A stretch of 64,000 nucleotides of DNA from Calditrichia bacterium (GTDB lineage: Bacteria > Calditrichota > Calditrichia > RBG-13-44-9 > J075): positions 159,095 to 223,094 of the forward strand of contig JBOEGD010000004.1 in assembly GCA_050633245.1 (NCBI GenBank), given 5' to 3'. Positions 1-10,817 of this stretch are shown here, in pieces. The translations under genes were made by a program, and so were the position numbers. Within the stretch, counting starts at the first letter, position 1. Each line of letters opens with the position of its first letter. The notes below the pieces were generated by a model, which saw nothing but the letters and a program-made list of their open reading frames with translations, had not been told where the DNA came from and did not search any database.

Positions 1-1
1 A

Positions 2-1057
2 AGAAATAACGTTCAATCGATAGAATAAATCTTCGCGAAACCGACCCGCTTGGGATTCTTCCCAAAGATCCTTATTCGTCGCAGAAAGAATTCGCACATC
101 AACCTTACGCATTGAGTTTTCGCCAACGCGTTTGATTTCACCTTCTTGCAAAACACGCAAAAGTTTGGTTTGAACGGTTGGACTGATGTCGGCAATTTCA
201 TCAAGAAATAGCGTGCCGCCATCAGCTTCCTCAAATAGACCGGGCTTGTCTTCACTTGCCCCGGTAAAGGAGCCCTTTTTATGTCCAAAGAGTTCACTTT
301 CTAGCAAGTTTTCGCTCAGGTTTCCGCAAAAGAGCGGTATGAATAGCTTCTCATTTCGCAGCGAGTTGTTGTGTATCGCTCTGGCAACCAGTTCCTTCCC
401 GGTGCCACTTTCTCCTTCAATTAAGACTGACACATTTGATTCGGCAACATCCTGAATGGTAGACAAAACAGTCTTAATTCCAGCACTCTTGCCAACGATA
501 TCCGGTGCGATAGTGGTGCTGGCAATATCGCGACGTAGTTGCTTGTTTTCTGTCGATAACCGCTCGAACTCCGCAGCATTGCTTAATGCAATGGCTGCTT
601 GTCTGGCAAAGGCCTGCAGAAACAGAAGATTTTCCTGATTGAACTTTCCGGCTCCGGAGCGCGAGTCCATATAAATGGCACCAATAAGCGAAGTATTGCT
701 GACAATGGGAGTGCACATTACGGAGCGAATATTGTGAAGCATGATGCTCGCCGCTCCAGAGAAGCGTTGATCTTCCTGCGCATCAACGGCCAGCAGTGGC
801 TCTCCCTCTGCGAGCACTTTATTGACAACACTGCTAGACAGATCGCGAATAGAGGCAATAATGTCGCTGCTTATATTGCGTGCCGTTACAGCCTTAAACT
901 CGCTTTCGCCTGTCGACTTTAACAGCAGGAATCCACGTTCAGCCTCCACTGCACCCATTGCCATATCCATTATCCGATCTAAAAGTAGATCAGAGGCCAG
1001 CACAGAATTCAATTCCTCGCCGATTGAAAGTAATGCGTCGTATGTATTTGTTGGCAT
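2..1057 (-). CDS. GAF-domain sigma-54-dependent transcriptional activator (3' end outside window)
   Basis: Not in the ORF track. Manual translation from ATG at 1057: [17 protein letters not shown]..., GAF segment ([16 protein letters not shown]), then Walker [48 protein letters not shown]. Frame stays open to the window edge. Confidence 0.93.
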   Translation of the reverse strand, partial: MPTNTYDALLSIGEELNSVLASDLLLDRIMDMAMGAVEAERGFLLLKSTGESEFKAVTARNISSDIIASIRDLSSSVVNKVLAEGEPLLAVDAQEDQRFSGAASIMLHNIRSVMCTPIVSNTSLIGAIYMDSRSGAGKFNQENLLFLQAFARQAAIALSNAAEFERLSTENKQLRRDIASTTIAPDIVGKSAGIKTVLSTIQDVAESNVSVLIEGESGTGKELVARAIHNNSLRNEKLFIPLFCGNLSENLLESELFGHKKGSFTGASEDKPGLFEEADGGTLFLDEIADISPTVQTKLLRVLQEGEIKRVGENSMRKVDVRILSATNKDLWEESQAGRFREDLFYRLNVIS

Positions 1058-1067
1058 GTAGTATCCG

Positions 1068-2327
1068 CTATTTTACGTATATCAGTCTGGTTATTGCCGA
1101 GCTGAAATCGCCTTTAAAGACTGCAAAATAGAGCCCGGACGGGTTTTCTGAATTATCTGAACTGGTATTCCAAAGAACTGTAGACTTACCTGCAGGAAAG
1201 ACCTCATTTGCAAGGGTGGTCACCAGTCGACCGGCAACATCAAAGATTTTCAGAGTGGCTTTCTGTCGTCGCTGCAAATTAATTTCGAGTGTGGCCTGAC
1301 CATTGAATGGATTTGGATAAGCTCGCAGCAGAGAAAAACCTTCGATAATTTCCGTTCTGTCTTCTATACCGGTTTTAATAGACTGAAATACTTCAACCCG
1401 GTTCAACGGTTGGAGCGGGTCGGCGCTATAGCCGCCGATTATATAAGGCCGCCCCATAATGGTCGCTCCACTTGCACCAATTCTGCCGGAAGTTAAGGCG
1501 GTGCCTTCTTCGATCTCTCCCGAGGTCTTGTTATAAATCTCGACTCTGTCGCTGGGGCCGCTTGTGGTAACTCCACCCATCATAAAAATACTATCGCCAA
1601 CTACCGCCGTCGCCCCATTTCCGCGACTACCGAGCAGCTGCGGTAGCGGAGAGAATAGCAGGCTGTCTGCAGAAGTGATTGCGCTGAATCCACTTCTTAT
1701 TGGAAGGACAAAGATGCCTCCCATAACAAAAGTTGTGTTGCCTATCGTTGCACTGAACGGGGCTGCTCTAGGGGATGCAACAACACCGCTGGATACTTGC
1801 CAAAAACCACCACCGGTTTGTAAGTATTCGATGCTATTGAGATAATCTTCATTTGAGCCAATTCCGGCGAAGATAAAAAGCGACCCGGAAATTACGCTGG
1901 CCACATGCCCCTCTCTAATACTTGCCAGCATGTTACTGGTTCGCCAGTTGTCAGAAACAGGATTATATATTTCAATACTGTTGAGCACATTACCGGTTGA
2001 GTCACGTCCACCAATTAAATAGAATTCGTCTTCGAAAAGTGTTGCGCTTGCGTTAACCCGAGGCGTTTTAAATGTCGGGATGGCCGTTGTGTCCCAGCTG
2101 TTCTCAATAGGGCTATAAACTTCAACAGACTTTAAGGTTTCTCCGCTTTCGGAATTTCCACCGAAAATGTAGATTTTGTCCTGATATGAAATCGCCGATG
2201 CGCCATGTCGCGCCAGGTTCAACGTAGCTACTTCAAACCAGTCGCCCTGCTTATTCGTCTCTTGCGCATGTGCATGTAGAATGCCCATCAGCACAGCGAA
2301 CAACAATATGTAGCGGAAACAGGTCAT
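1068..2327 (-). CDS. Kelch-repeat secreted protein with T9SS-type C-terminal domain
   Basis: Repeated YIFGG/YLIGG..VEVY..W Kelch motifs and C-terminal AYPNPFN...SGLYF. Signal peptide fits a start at ATG 2327 ([15 protein letters not shown]) rather than 2498, which overlaps the upstream gene. Confidence 0.85.
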   Translation of the reverse strand: MTCFRYILLFAVLMGILHAHAQETNKQGDWFEVATLNLARHGASAISYQDKIYIFGGNSESGETLKSVEVYSPIENSWDTTAIPTFKTPRVNASATLFEDEFYLIGGRDSTGNVLNSIEIYNPVSDNWRTSNMLASIREGHVASVISGSLFIFAGIGSNEDYLNSIEYLQTGGGFWQVSSGVVASPRAAPFSATIGNTTFVMGGIFVLPIRSGFSAITSADSLLFSPLPQLLGSRGNGATAVVGDSIFMMGGVTTSGPSDRVEIYNKTSGEIEEGTALTSGRIGASGATIMGRPYIIGGYSADPLQPLNRVEVFQSIKTGIEDRTEIIEGFSLLRAYPNPFNGQATLEINLQRRQKATLKIFDVAGRLVTTLANEVFPAGKSTVLWNTSSDNSENPSGLYFAVFKGDFSSAITRLIYVK

Positions 2328-2340
2328 AGTTTCAGGAACC

Positions 2341-3321
2341 TTAGTTTTGTAAAATCGAAAAAGCTGCCGGCTTTGAGCGACTGCTATTGCCAAATTCATC
2401 CACAATATATAGCACCCAAAATAGAGGTTTTTCCTCGGGCAACTGTGGATCGATAGGTGTCGAATATGTATAACGGGTTGTGCCGGGACGAAATCCATCG
2501 ATTTCTACGAGAAGTAGAGTCGTGTCGATCTGGATTTCATAGATTTCAATTTTATAAGTAAAATCTACAAGTTGCGTTACAAGTTCCCACTCCATGACAA
2601 ATGGAATAGTCACCACATCGTCTGCTATAGGGCGGCTTGTAACGGGTGTTGTGTCAATTATCCGGCTAATAAATTTGTCTTCTGATGCGGTTATACTGCC
2701 TTCTGAATCTTCTATAAAAAAGGTGAACGGTTTGCCGATCAAGCGCCTGATCGAGCTAATACCAATGTCAGTCGCCTCGAGCCGACCGAGGTAGAGATTC
2801 GACTGCAGAGAATCTTCCGTCAATGTATCAGCAAAAGCGAACGATGGCAGCTCATACCAACCGGTTAGCTGACCTCCGGTTTGATCGGGGTCAATGCCCT
2901 GAAGTTCTACATCAATATAGAACTCATCTTCGGCAGGAAAAAAGCGTGAAACATGTCTTGTTAAAAGAGAGGCGCTCGCAAGTTGGGGAAGCGCATTTAG
3001 CTCGAACTCTATCGAGATCCCCTTGGTGAGATCGACAGACTGCTCAGTTGGAGCAAAACCTTCTGCCTCACAAGAAATCGTATACGAACCGGATTGAATA
3101 TTTTGTATCGCGAAGAAACCATTGTTATCGGTAATGGTTCCGACATTGGAGGGAGTTAAACTGATAAGCGCACCTGACACGGGATTTTTACCGATTGAGG
3201 TTAATACTTGACCTGTAATGGAAAATCCATCTTTTGAATCGAAGGGATTCTCACGCGGTGCATCAGAGAAACAGCCAGCCATAAGCAGGCAAAATGCAAT
3301 ATTTGCAACGCGTTTAAGCAA
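2341..3321 (-). CDS. Lipoprotein with carboxypeptidase-regulatory-like domain
   Basis: Lipobox LMAGC, then PRENPFD, ITGQV..PVSGA.I..TDNNGFF.I..G.YTI..GF. Probable TTG start at 3321 after a GGGGGA RBS. Confidence 0.75.
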   Translation of the reverse strand: MLKRVANIAFCLLMAGCFSDAPRENPFDSKDGFSITGQVLTSIGKNPVSGALISLTPSNVGTITDNNGFFAIQNIQSGSYTISCEAEGFAPTEQSVDLTKGISIEFELNALPQLASASLLTRHVSRFFPAEDEFYIDVELQGIDPDQTGGQLTGWYELPSFAFADTLTEDSLQSNLYLGRLEATDIGISSIRRLIGKPFTFFIEDSEGSITASEDKFISRIIDTTPVTSRPIADDVVTIPFVMEWELVTQLVDFTYKIEIYEIQIDTTLLLVEIDGFRPGTTRYTYSTPIDPQLPEEKPLFWVLYIVDEFGNSSRSKPAAFSILQN

Positions 3322-3507
3322 GCGACATCCCCCAACTCGGCCGACGATAAGAAAAGACAAAGACTACTATGTTGATACGCGGTAGATAAGTAAAAAAGAA
3401 TCGATATTTAAAATTCTCATTGTTCCTGAAATAATATAAAGCTGTCTTGGCAATGTTACAATAGAAAATGAGTGCGTGGTTTAACAGAAGAAAGCGCTAA
3501 GTAAAAG

Positions 3508-3544
3508 AAAAACAACCCCGCCTCGGAGAATCGGGGAGGGGTTG
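3508..3544 (-). terminator. Intrinsic terminator after acs
   Basis: Minus strand CAACCCCTCCCCGA-TTCTC-CGAGGCGGGGTTG followed by TTTTTCTTTT. Confidence 0.7.
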
Positions 3545-3566
3545 CAAGACCAGATAGAAGCGGATG

Positions 3567-5495
3567 TTATTTTTTACGTTCATCCATAAGTTTTTCTACC
3601 ACGGTTGGATCGGCAAGAGTGGAAATGTCTCCGACATTATCGAGGTCACCCTCCGCAATTTTTCGCAGAATACGACGCATAATTTTGCCCGAGCGCGTTT
3701 TTGGCAGACCCGGTGTAAAATGAATTTTATCGGGCGTCGCGTGTGGTCCAATTACTGCACGGACGGATTTCTTAATATCTGCTTCAATTTGATCGCTTGA
3801 GTCTATACCGGTCATTAATGTAACGTATGCATAGATGCCTTGCCCCTTAATGTCGTGCGGGTAGCCTACCACAGCGGCCTCAGCAACGCCGTCTGCCTTT
3901 CCAATCGCCCCCTCAACTTCAGCACTGCCAATACGGTGTCCGGAAACATTCATGACATCATCAACGCGACCGGTAATCCAATAATAGCCGTCTTCATCAC
4001 GCCGAGCGCCGTCTCCTGCAAAGTAATAGCCGGGAAATCGATCGAAGTAGGTTTGGCGAAACCGCTCATGATCGCCGTAGATTGTACGCATTAGTGAGGG
4101 CCACGGGGTTTTAATGCAAAGATAACCCGATGTTGCCCCTTCCTTTTCATTTCCATTCTCATCCAGTAATACCGGTTCAATTCCGAAGAAGGGAAGCGTG
4201 GCGGAACCGGGTTTTGTGGGCGTCGCGCCGGGGAGTGGTGTAAGTAAAACGCCACCGGTCTCAGTTTGCCACCAGGTATCTATGATTGGGCAACGATCTT
4301 TGCCAACAACGTCTTTATACCACATCCATTCTGGCTCTTTGATTGGCTCGCCAACTGTGCCAAGTAACTTTAAAGAGGAAAGGTCGTGCTGGTTTGGCCA
4401 TTTATCGCCCTCCTTCATTAGTGCTCGAATTGCGGTTGGGGCAGTGTAAAACTGGTTCACTTTATGCTTTTCACAGATTGCCCAAAATCGCCCAAAGTCG
4501 GGGTAATTTGGTACGCCTTCGAACATCATCGTTGTGGCGCGGTTTATCATTGGGCCGTAAATAATATAGGAATGACCTGTGATCCAGCCGATGTCAGCTG
4601 TGCACCAATAGATATCATCTTCCTTATAATCAAAAATCATTTTGTGGGTGAACGAGGTGTAGAGAGCATAGCCGCCCTGAGTGTGAACCACGCCTTTGGG
4701 TTTACCGGTCGAGCCGGATGTATAAAGTACAAAAAGTGGGTCTTCTGCGTCGAGTTCTACTGCCGGACATTCCGAATTTGCTGAAGCCATTTCCTCATGC
4801 CACCAACAGTCGCGTCCACTGTCCATATTTACTTCATTGCCGGTTCGTTGCACAACAACGATCGTTTCAATCGAAGGGCAGTCCTTAACTGCGACATCGG
4901 CGTTGGCCTTCATCGGAATGTCTTGTTTTGCGCCGCGCACCGCGGTGTCTTGAGTAACGAGCAATTTGCAGGATGAATCGTTAATGCGGTCGATTAGCGA
5001 ATCTGCACTAAATGCTCCAAACACAATTGAATGGACTGCCCCAATTCGTGCACAGGCCATCATGGCGAAGGACAATTGCGGAATCATCTGCATATAAATG
5101 CAAACGCGATCGCCCTTTTGTATGCCTTTGGCCTTCAAAACATTAGCGAATTTTGAAACCTCTTCCAAAACTTCAGCATAGGTAAAAGACTTGGAGTCGT
5201 TTGGGTCATTGCCTTCCCAGATAATCGCGGTCTTTCCGCCGTGCCCGGATTTTATATGTCGATCTAAACAGTTGTAGGTAAGATTGATCTTGCCACCCTT
5301 AAACCAGGAGATGTTCGCTTTTACGAAGTCATATTCGCGAACCGTATCCCATTTTTTGAACCAGTGAAGCTCATCGGCTTTTTCGGCCCAGAAAGCTTCC
5401 GGATCGGCGATCGATTTTTCGTATATTTTGCGATACTGCGCCAGCGATTTAACATACGCTTTATTGGCAAAGTCTGGATTGGGCTGATACTTCAT
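3567..5495 (-). CDS. acs: Acetyl-CoA synthetase (AMP-forming)
   Basis: LYTSGSTGKPKG, DTWWQTETGG and PKTRSGKIMRR motifs; 642 aa. Confidence 0.97.
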   Translation of the reverse strand: MKYQPNPDFANKAYVKSLAQYRKIYEKSIADPEAFWAEKADELHWFKKWDTVREYDFVKANISWFKGGKINLTYNCLDRHIKSGHGGKTAIIWEGNDPNDSKSFTYAEVLEEVSKFANVLKAKGIQKGDRVCIYMQMIPQLSFAMMACARIGAVHSIVFGAFSADSLIDRINDSSCKLLVTQDTAVRGAKQDIPMKANADVAVKDCPSIETIVVVQRTGNEVNMDSGRDCWWHEEMASANSECPAVELDAEDPLFVLYTSGSTGKPKGVVHTQGGYALYTSFTHKMIFDYKEDDIYWCTADIGWITGHSYIIYGPMINRATTMMFEGVPNYPDFGRFWAICEKHKVNQFYTAPTAIRALMKEGDKWPNQHDLSSLKLLGTVGEPIKEPEWMWYKDVVGKDRCPIIDTWWQTETGGVLLTPLPGATPTKPGSATLPFFGIEPVLLDENGNEKEGATSGYLCIKTPWPSLMRTIYGDHERFRQTYFDRFPGYYFAGDGARRDEDGYYWITGRVDDVMNVSGHRIGSAEVEGAIGKADGVAEAAVVGYPHDIKGQGIYAYVTLMTGIDSSDQIEADIKKSVRAVIGPHATPDKIHFTPGLPKTRSGKIMRRILRKIAEGDLDNVGDISTLADPTVVEKLMDERKK

Positions 5496-5767
5496 GCAAG
5501 TCCTCCTTAATTGGCAAGTGACACTAACGATAGAATTTCAGTAGAAATATTTGTAGAGCTCTCAAGCAGTATATGGAGATGAATCGACATCACGAGCATA
5601 TAAGTGATGGCATAGTTTAAGAGCTATATGGTTTGTGTGAGTATTTTGCTCCACATATTGGGAAATCGTTTTTTTTATATCCCCGGAGATCAGTTGCAAA
5701 GTAGACAACCGTACAGTGTAACAAATACTGTCGCTTAGTGTAAATGAGGAATGAAATAAAGTCAAGA

Positions 5768-5798
5768 GAAATTCGGGCAGGATAAGGGCCCGAATTTC
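5768..5798. terminator. Stem-loop after actP (terminator or mRNA-stabilising hairpin)
   Basis: Perfect 11-bp inverted repeat GAAATTCGGGC/GCCCGAATTTC with a 9-nt loop; weak U-tail. Confidence 0.55.
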
Positions 5799-5813
5799 GA
5801 TGGCTGTTAAATA

Positions 5814-7598
5814 TTAGTGCAGATCAGCTGCCGAGCCAGCACCCCTCGGAATGCGGATGTTCTCGATCAACTCCTGAATTTCTTTTGGTGGTGCCGGAGT
5901 AAGACGGGAAACCGTTAGCGTTACAGCCACGTTCAGGAGCATGCCAATTGTACCGATACCCTCGGGTGAAATTCGAAACAGCCAGTTATCCGGAGTATTG
6001 GCTTCCGGACTAATAAACTTAAAGTAGATGATGTATGCGGCCGTGAAGATGATACCTGTTAGCATGCCGCTCAATGCGCCTTCTTTATTGACGCGCTTGC
6101 TGAATATGCCCAGAATTATAGCTGGAAAAAAAGAGGCTGCTGCCAAACCGAAGGCAAAGGCCACGACTTGCGCTACAAACCCGAGAGGGTAAATGCCAAA
6201 CAAACCGGCAATGATTACCGCGCCACCTGCAGCAATTCGTGCATACCGCAACTCCTGTTTGTCTGTAATATCTTTTGCGATGGTTTTGCGAATGAGGTCG
6301 TGTGCCACGGATGTTGATATTACAAGTAATAGTCCTGCTGCAGTAGATAAGGCTGCCGCCAAACCTCCTGCCGCCACCAATGCGACCACCCAGTTTGGTA
6401 AGCCGGCGATTTCCGGGTTCGCCAAAACCATAATATCCCTATCTATATAGAGCTCATTCGAGTTCGTGGTTAGTTTATTCTCGACTAATAATTGCCCCAT
6501 AGTGCCTTTTTTACCGGAATAAACGGGTTTGCCACGCTCAAGTGCATTGCCGGGAGCATAGTCGATTCGTCCGTCTTCATTCTTGTCTACCCAGGCAATT
6601 AATTCGGTGTTTTCCCAATTTTTAAACCAGGTTGGGGCAGATGAATATTCTTCTTCATGGAGTGTTTGTATCATATTGGTGCGTGCGAAAGCCGCTACTG
6701 CCGGTGCAGTTGTATAGAGCAATGCGATAAAGAGAAGCGCCCAACCTGCTGAGCTACGTGCGTCGCGAACCCGTGGCACAGTGAAGAAACGAATGATTAC
6801 GTGCGGTAATCCTGCTGTGCCAACCATCAATGCAATGGTGATCATAAGAATATCGATCATTTCCTTGGCACCCCGGCCGGTATAAGCGGTAAAGCCGAGA
6901 TCTTTATTTAAACCATCCAGCTTATCCAGCAAGTATCCGCCTCCGAATACCTCCTTCAGCTCGCTGCCAAAACCGAGTTGAGGAACCGGATTTCCGGTAA
7001 GCAGAATCGATATGAATATTGCCGGTATCAGATAGGCTACAATTAGTACGCAATACTGAGCCACCTGCGTGTAGGTAATTCCCTTCATGCCGCCAAGAGT
7101 CGCATAAAAAAAGACGATAACCATCCCAATGGCGACGCCCATATCTACCGGCACTTCCAGGAAACGTGAAAATACGATGCCTACACCGCGCATCTGACCT
7201 GCCACATAGGTGAAGGAAACGAAAATGGCGCAAACAACGGCAATGATGCGCGCAGTATCAGAATAGTAGCGTTCAGCGACAAAGTCCGGAACTGTAAATT
7301 TACCAAATTTTCTGAGATAGGGCGCCAGAAGCATAGCAAGAAGTACATAACCTCCGGTCCAGCCCATTAGATACATTGCGCCATCCCGGCCCATAAATGA
7401 AATAATGCCTGCCATAGAAATAAATGATGCTGCTGACATCCAGTCTGCAGCTGTGGCCATGCCGTTGGCAATCGGATGTACTGATTTCGCAGCAACGTAG
7501 AAGTCGCCTGTGGTCCGGGCGCGCGACCAAATTGCAATTCCAATGTAAAGTGCAAAGGTCAGCCCAACTAACAGCCATGTCCATTCCTGAATACTCAT
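5814..7598 (-). CDS. actP: Cation/acetate symporter (sodium:solute symporter family)
   Basis: NGMATAADWMSAASF and GTAGLPHVIIRFFTV motifs; many TM segments; adjacent to acs. Confidence 0.88.
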   Translation of the reverse strand: MSIQEWTWLLVGLTFALYIGIAIWSRARTTGDFYVAAKSVHPIANGMATAADWMSAASFISMAGIISFMGRDGAMYLMGWTGGYVLLAMLLAPYLRKFGKFTVPDFVAERYYSDTARIIAVVCAIFVSFTYVAGQMRGVGIVFSRFLEVPVDMGVAIGMVIVFFYATLGGMKGITYTQVAQYCVLIVAYLIPAIFISILLTGNPVPQLGFGSELKEVFGGGYLLDKLDGLNKDLGFTAYTGRGAKEMIDILMITIALMVGTAGLPHVIIRFFTVPRVRDARSSAGWALLFIALLYTTAPAVAAFARTNMIQTLHEEEYSSAPTWFKNWENTELIAWVDKNEDGRIDYAPGNALERGKPVYSGKKGTMGQLLVENKLTTNSNELYIDRDIMVLANPEIAGLPNWVVALVAAGGLAAALSTAAGLLLVISTSVAHDLIRKTIAKDITDKQELRYARIAAGGAVIIAGLFGIYPLGFVAQVVAFAFGLAAASFFPAIILGIFSKRVNKEGALSGMLTGIIFTAAYIIYFKFISPEANTPDNWLFRISPEGIGTIGMLLNVAVTLTVSRLTPAPPKEIQELIENIRIPRGAGSAADLH

Positions 7599-7646
7599 GT
7601 ATTATCCTCCGAAAGAATAGTCGTATATCCCGATTCAATTGTCACA

Positions 7647-7904
7647 TTAGTCTTCTGCTACACCGTATTTTGCGTCAAGATTATTCATAAGGCGGACATA
7701 GACGAATATTAAAATAACGAAGACAATTACCGATCCTTGTTGAGCAATCCAGAAACCAAGCTTAAAGCCGAAGAACTGGAACTTGTCCAGCTCATCAACC
7801 AGTAGAATGCCACATACTGCGGACACTAAAAACCAAATTGATAAAAGTATACCCACATAGCCCAGATTTTTCTTCCAATAGTCATTTAAATTTTTAGATG
7901 ACAT
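7647..7904 (-). CDS. Small membrane partner of the SSS transporter (DUF4212-like)
   Basis: YWKKNL...FGFKLGFWIAQQGS...MNNLD; GGAGG RBS before ATG 7904. Confidence 0.85.
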   Translation of the reverse strand: MSSKNLNDYWKKNLGYVGILLSIWFLVSAVCGILLVDELDKFQFFGFKLGFWIAQQGSVIVFVILIFVYVRLMNNLDAKYGVAED

Positions 7905-8275
7905 GATGCACCTCCAACTCACGCTATGGCGTGATTTATGATATACCGAGAGATGTAAATGATCTTAGTTTAATACAAATGCAGAAGATATTGCCTGCGA
8001 ATGATGCTTTATTAAAGCGTTTAGGCAGAATGCAGCAAACGTACGAAAACTCAATGAAACAGGCAATAGCGCGATCTCGCATGCGCCTTATTGCCGCAAT
8101 TCAGATGTTTGCAGGACCCGTATTTTTTACTTTTCACTTGATAAATGCGGGTCATATTCCTCATTATACAATGCTATATTGAAATCTACCTTTTACACCA
8201 GTTGAAACCTGTTTGTTACGATAGTAAAGAGAGAATGGTTTTGTTGGCTGTCAAGAGGCTAATCAGGAGTATGAA

Positions 8276-10699
8276 ATGATTGAAGTAATTGAAAACACAA
8301 AAAAGAGCGTAGCTCTCCAGTTGGATAAGGAAGAGATCCTGCGCGATTATCGCATTGCTTATCAAAGCAGACAAGCGAGTTTAATTGGCCGTAAAGAGGT
8401 TATGGGCGGTAAAGCCAAGTTTGGCATTTTTGGAGATGGAAAAGAAATACCACAGTTGGCACTTGCGCGTGCCTTTAAAGAGGGTGATTTTCGGTCGGGC
8501 TATTATCGTGACCAGACGCTGATGATGGCGCTGGGTGATTATCCGCTTGATGAGTTTTTTGCACAACTTTATGCCAACCCGGATGTTGAAAAAGAGCCTG
8601 CTTCAGCGGGCCGCGCTATGAATGCGCACTTTGGAACACGCTTAATTAACGATGACGGTAGCTGGAAAGATCAAACCAGCACGAAAAACACCTCGTCAGA
8701 TGTTTCGCCAACCGCTTCACAAATGCCGCGTCTTGTTGGTCTTGCCTATGCTTCCAGACTGTATCGCGAGTTGGAGGAGCTTCAATCGTTTAGCCAATTC
8801 TCTAAAGGTGGAAGCGAAGTTGCTTTTGGAACAATTGGAAACGCTTCCAGTGCTGAAGGCATGTTCTGGGAGGCAATCAATGCTATTGGCGTGTTGCAGG
8901 CACCGGTTGTTATGTCTATTTGGGATGATGAGTATGGTATTTCAGTTCCGAATGAATTTCAGCACACACGCGAGAGCCTTGCAGAAATGCTGAGTGGATT
9001 TTCACGTAAGGAAGGTGAGTCTCGTGGCTATGATATTTATGTCGTAAAAGCGTGGGATTATCCGGCGCTTCTGGAAACCTACGCCAAGGCAACCGAGGTT
9101 GCACGCCGTGATCATGTTCCGGCAATTATTCACGTTGTCGAAGTAACCCAGCCACAAGGACACTCCACATCTGGAAGTCATGAGCGCTATAAATCCAAAG
9201 AGCGGCTTGACTGGGAAAAAGAATTTGATGGCTTGCGCAAAATGCGCGAGTGGATGTTGGATAGCGATATTATAAAAGAAGCAGAGTTGGTTGCCCTGGA
9301 AAAAGAGGATCGCCTTTCCGTCGAGAAAATACGTGATGAATCCTGGGAAGACCTATTGCGTCCGATACGCGCAAAGATCGCAGAGATGAGTCTGATTCTT
9401 ACGCCTCTTCTGGGAAAGCTTTCTGATGCTGATGCCGTTTCAAGTCTTATGCAGAAATTACAGAAAAAAGCTATCCCGGCGCGCAAAGATATTATGACAA
9501 CGCTTCATAATATTCTTCTTGAAACCCGCGACAACACATCTGATGAACGTACGAAGCTGGTGGAGTGGAAGCGTAACTTTGACAAAGAAACCGGTGACAA
9601 TTATTCTTCGCACCTTTATTGTGAAGGCGATGCCTCAGCGCTGAACATTCCGCAAGTGGCACCAGTATTTTCCGAAAACTCACGCTCCATTAACGGATTT
9701 GATATTCTGAATGGCTGTTTTGACGCGGCAATGAAGCGCGATCCGCGGATAATTGCATTTGGTGAAGATGTCGGTTATCTGGGTGACGTGAATCAGGGCT
9801 TCAAAGGTTTACAAGAGAAATTTGGCGAATTGAGGGTCTCGGATACCGGTATTCGCGAGTGCACAATTATGGGGCAAGCCATTGGAATGGCCCTGCGCGG
9901 GTTAAGACCTATAGCAGAGATCCAGTATCTGGATTATGTGCTATACGGTTTGCAGATTCTATCTGATGACCTGGCTTGTCTACACTGGCGCACCAAAGGC
10001 GGCCAGAAAGCACCGGTAATTGTAAGGACGCGCGGGCATCGCCTTGAAGGCATCTGGCATGCCGGTTCTCCAATGGCGTCGATGATTCATCTGCTTAGAG
10101 GCATGCACGTACTTGTGCCTCGTAACATGACTCAGGCTGCCGGCTTTTACAATACCCTACTTCAGGCGGATGATCCTGCCATTGTTGTAGAGGTGTTGAA
10201 CGGGTATCGTCTGAAGGAAACACTACCGGATAATGTCGGTGAATTTACCATTCCGCTCGGCGTGCCTGAAACATTGAGATCTGGAAACGACGTTACCGTT
10301 GTTACGTACGGTGCCTGCTGCGCAATTGCTATGGAAGCGGCCGATCAACTCGCGAAAGTGAACATTGATCTGGAGGTGATTGATGTGCAGTCCTTGTTGC
10401 CCTTCGACCTACACGGCAAGATTAGTGAGTCGTTAAAAAAGACCAATCGCATTGTCTTTTTAGATGAGGACATTCCGGGTGGAACAACCGCTTATATGCT
10501 CCAGGAAGTAATGGAAAAGCAGAGGGGTTACTATCATCTGGACTCCCAGCCGCGCACGCTGACTGCGAAAGCGCATCGCCCGGCATTTGGTTCGGACGGA
10601 GACTATTGGTCGAAGCCAAACAGTGAGCATGTATTCGAAGTCGTTTATGAGATTATGCATGAATCGGACCCTCAAATGTATCCTTTGTTCCTTCGCTAG
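8276..10699 (+). CDS. 2-oxoacid dehydrogenase E1, fused alpha/beta subunits (probably branched-chain)
   Basis: TPP-enzyme E1 alpha (GYYRDQT, GHSTSG) fused to transketolase-like beta (FGEDVG, DTGIRE, EIQYLDY). Confidence 0.88.
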   Translation: MIEVIENTKKSVALQLDKEEILRDYRIAYQSRQASLIGRKEVMGGKAKFGIFGDGKEIPQLALARAFKEGDFRSGYYRDQTLMMALGDYPLDEFFAQLYANPDVEKEPASAGRAMNAHFGTRLINDDGSWKDQTSTKNTSSDVSPTASQMPRLVGLAYASRLYRELEELQSFSQFSKGGSEVAFGTIGNASSAEGMFWEAINAIGVLQAPVVMSIWDDEYGISVPNEFQHTRESLAEMLSGFSRKEGESRGYDIYVVKAWDYPALLETYAKATEVARRDHVPAIIHVVEVTQPQGHSTSGSHERYKSKERLDWEKEFDGLRKMREWMLDSDIIKEAELVALEKEDRLSVEKIRDESWEDLLRPIRAKIAEMSLILTPLLGKLSDADAVSSLMQKLQKKAIPARKDIMTTLHNILLETRDNTSDERTKLVEWKRNFDKETGDNYSSHLYCEGDASALNIPQVAPVFSENSRSINGFDILNGCFDAAMKRDPRIIAFGEDVGYLGDVNQGFKGLQEKFGELRVSDTGIRECTIMGQAIGMALRGLRPIAEIQYLDYVLYGLQILSDDLACLHWRTKGGQKAPVIVRTRGHRLEGIWHAGSPMASMIHLLRGMHVLVPRNMTQAAGFYNTLLQADDPAIVVEVLNGYRLKETLPDNVGEFTIPLGVPETLRSGNDVTVVTYGACCAIAMEAADQLAKVNIDLEVIDVQSLLPFDLHGKISESLKKTNRIVFLDEDIPGGTTAYMLQEVMEKQRGYYHLDSQPRTLTAKAHRPAFGSDGDYWSKPNSEHVFEVVYEIMHESDPQMYPLFLR

Positions 10700-10766
10700 T
10701 TCATAGAGGGAAACCTCCCTTGTCGGTTGCGGCACCACAAAAAATTTGGTATATTTTGCTTCATTT

Positions 10767-10797
10767 CAAAAGGCGCAGTTGCTGCGCCTTTTGTTTA
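10767..10797 (+). terminator. Intrinsic terminator
   Basis: CAAAAGGCGCAG-TTG-CTGCGCCTTTTG followed by TTT. Confidence 0.75.
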
Positions 10798-10817
10798 ATC
10801 ACAATTAAGAGATATTT

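Noticed and set aside
13-1061. Several short ORFs listed in the track at the window start
   Set aside because: They overlap the real minus-strand sigma-54 activator, which the track missed because its stop codon lies outside the window.
3361-3420. ATG at 3420 in frame with the lipoprotein gene across two TAG codons (possible stop readthrough or recoding)
   Set aside because: A good RBS, TTG start and lipoprotein signal exist at 3321, and TAG terminates many other genes in the window.
5562-5765. 67-aa ORF between actP and acs
   Set aside because: Weak start, no motif, composition like intergenic DNA.
7931-8182. 83-aa ORF between the acetate operon and the E1 gene
   Set aside because: No RBS or recognisable motif; it lies in a divergent promoter region containing two hairpins (8062-8095, 8115-8153) with no identifiable RNA family.
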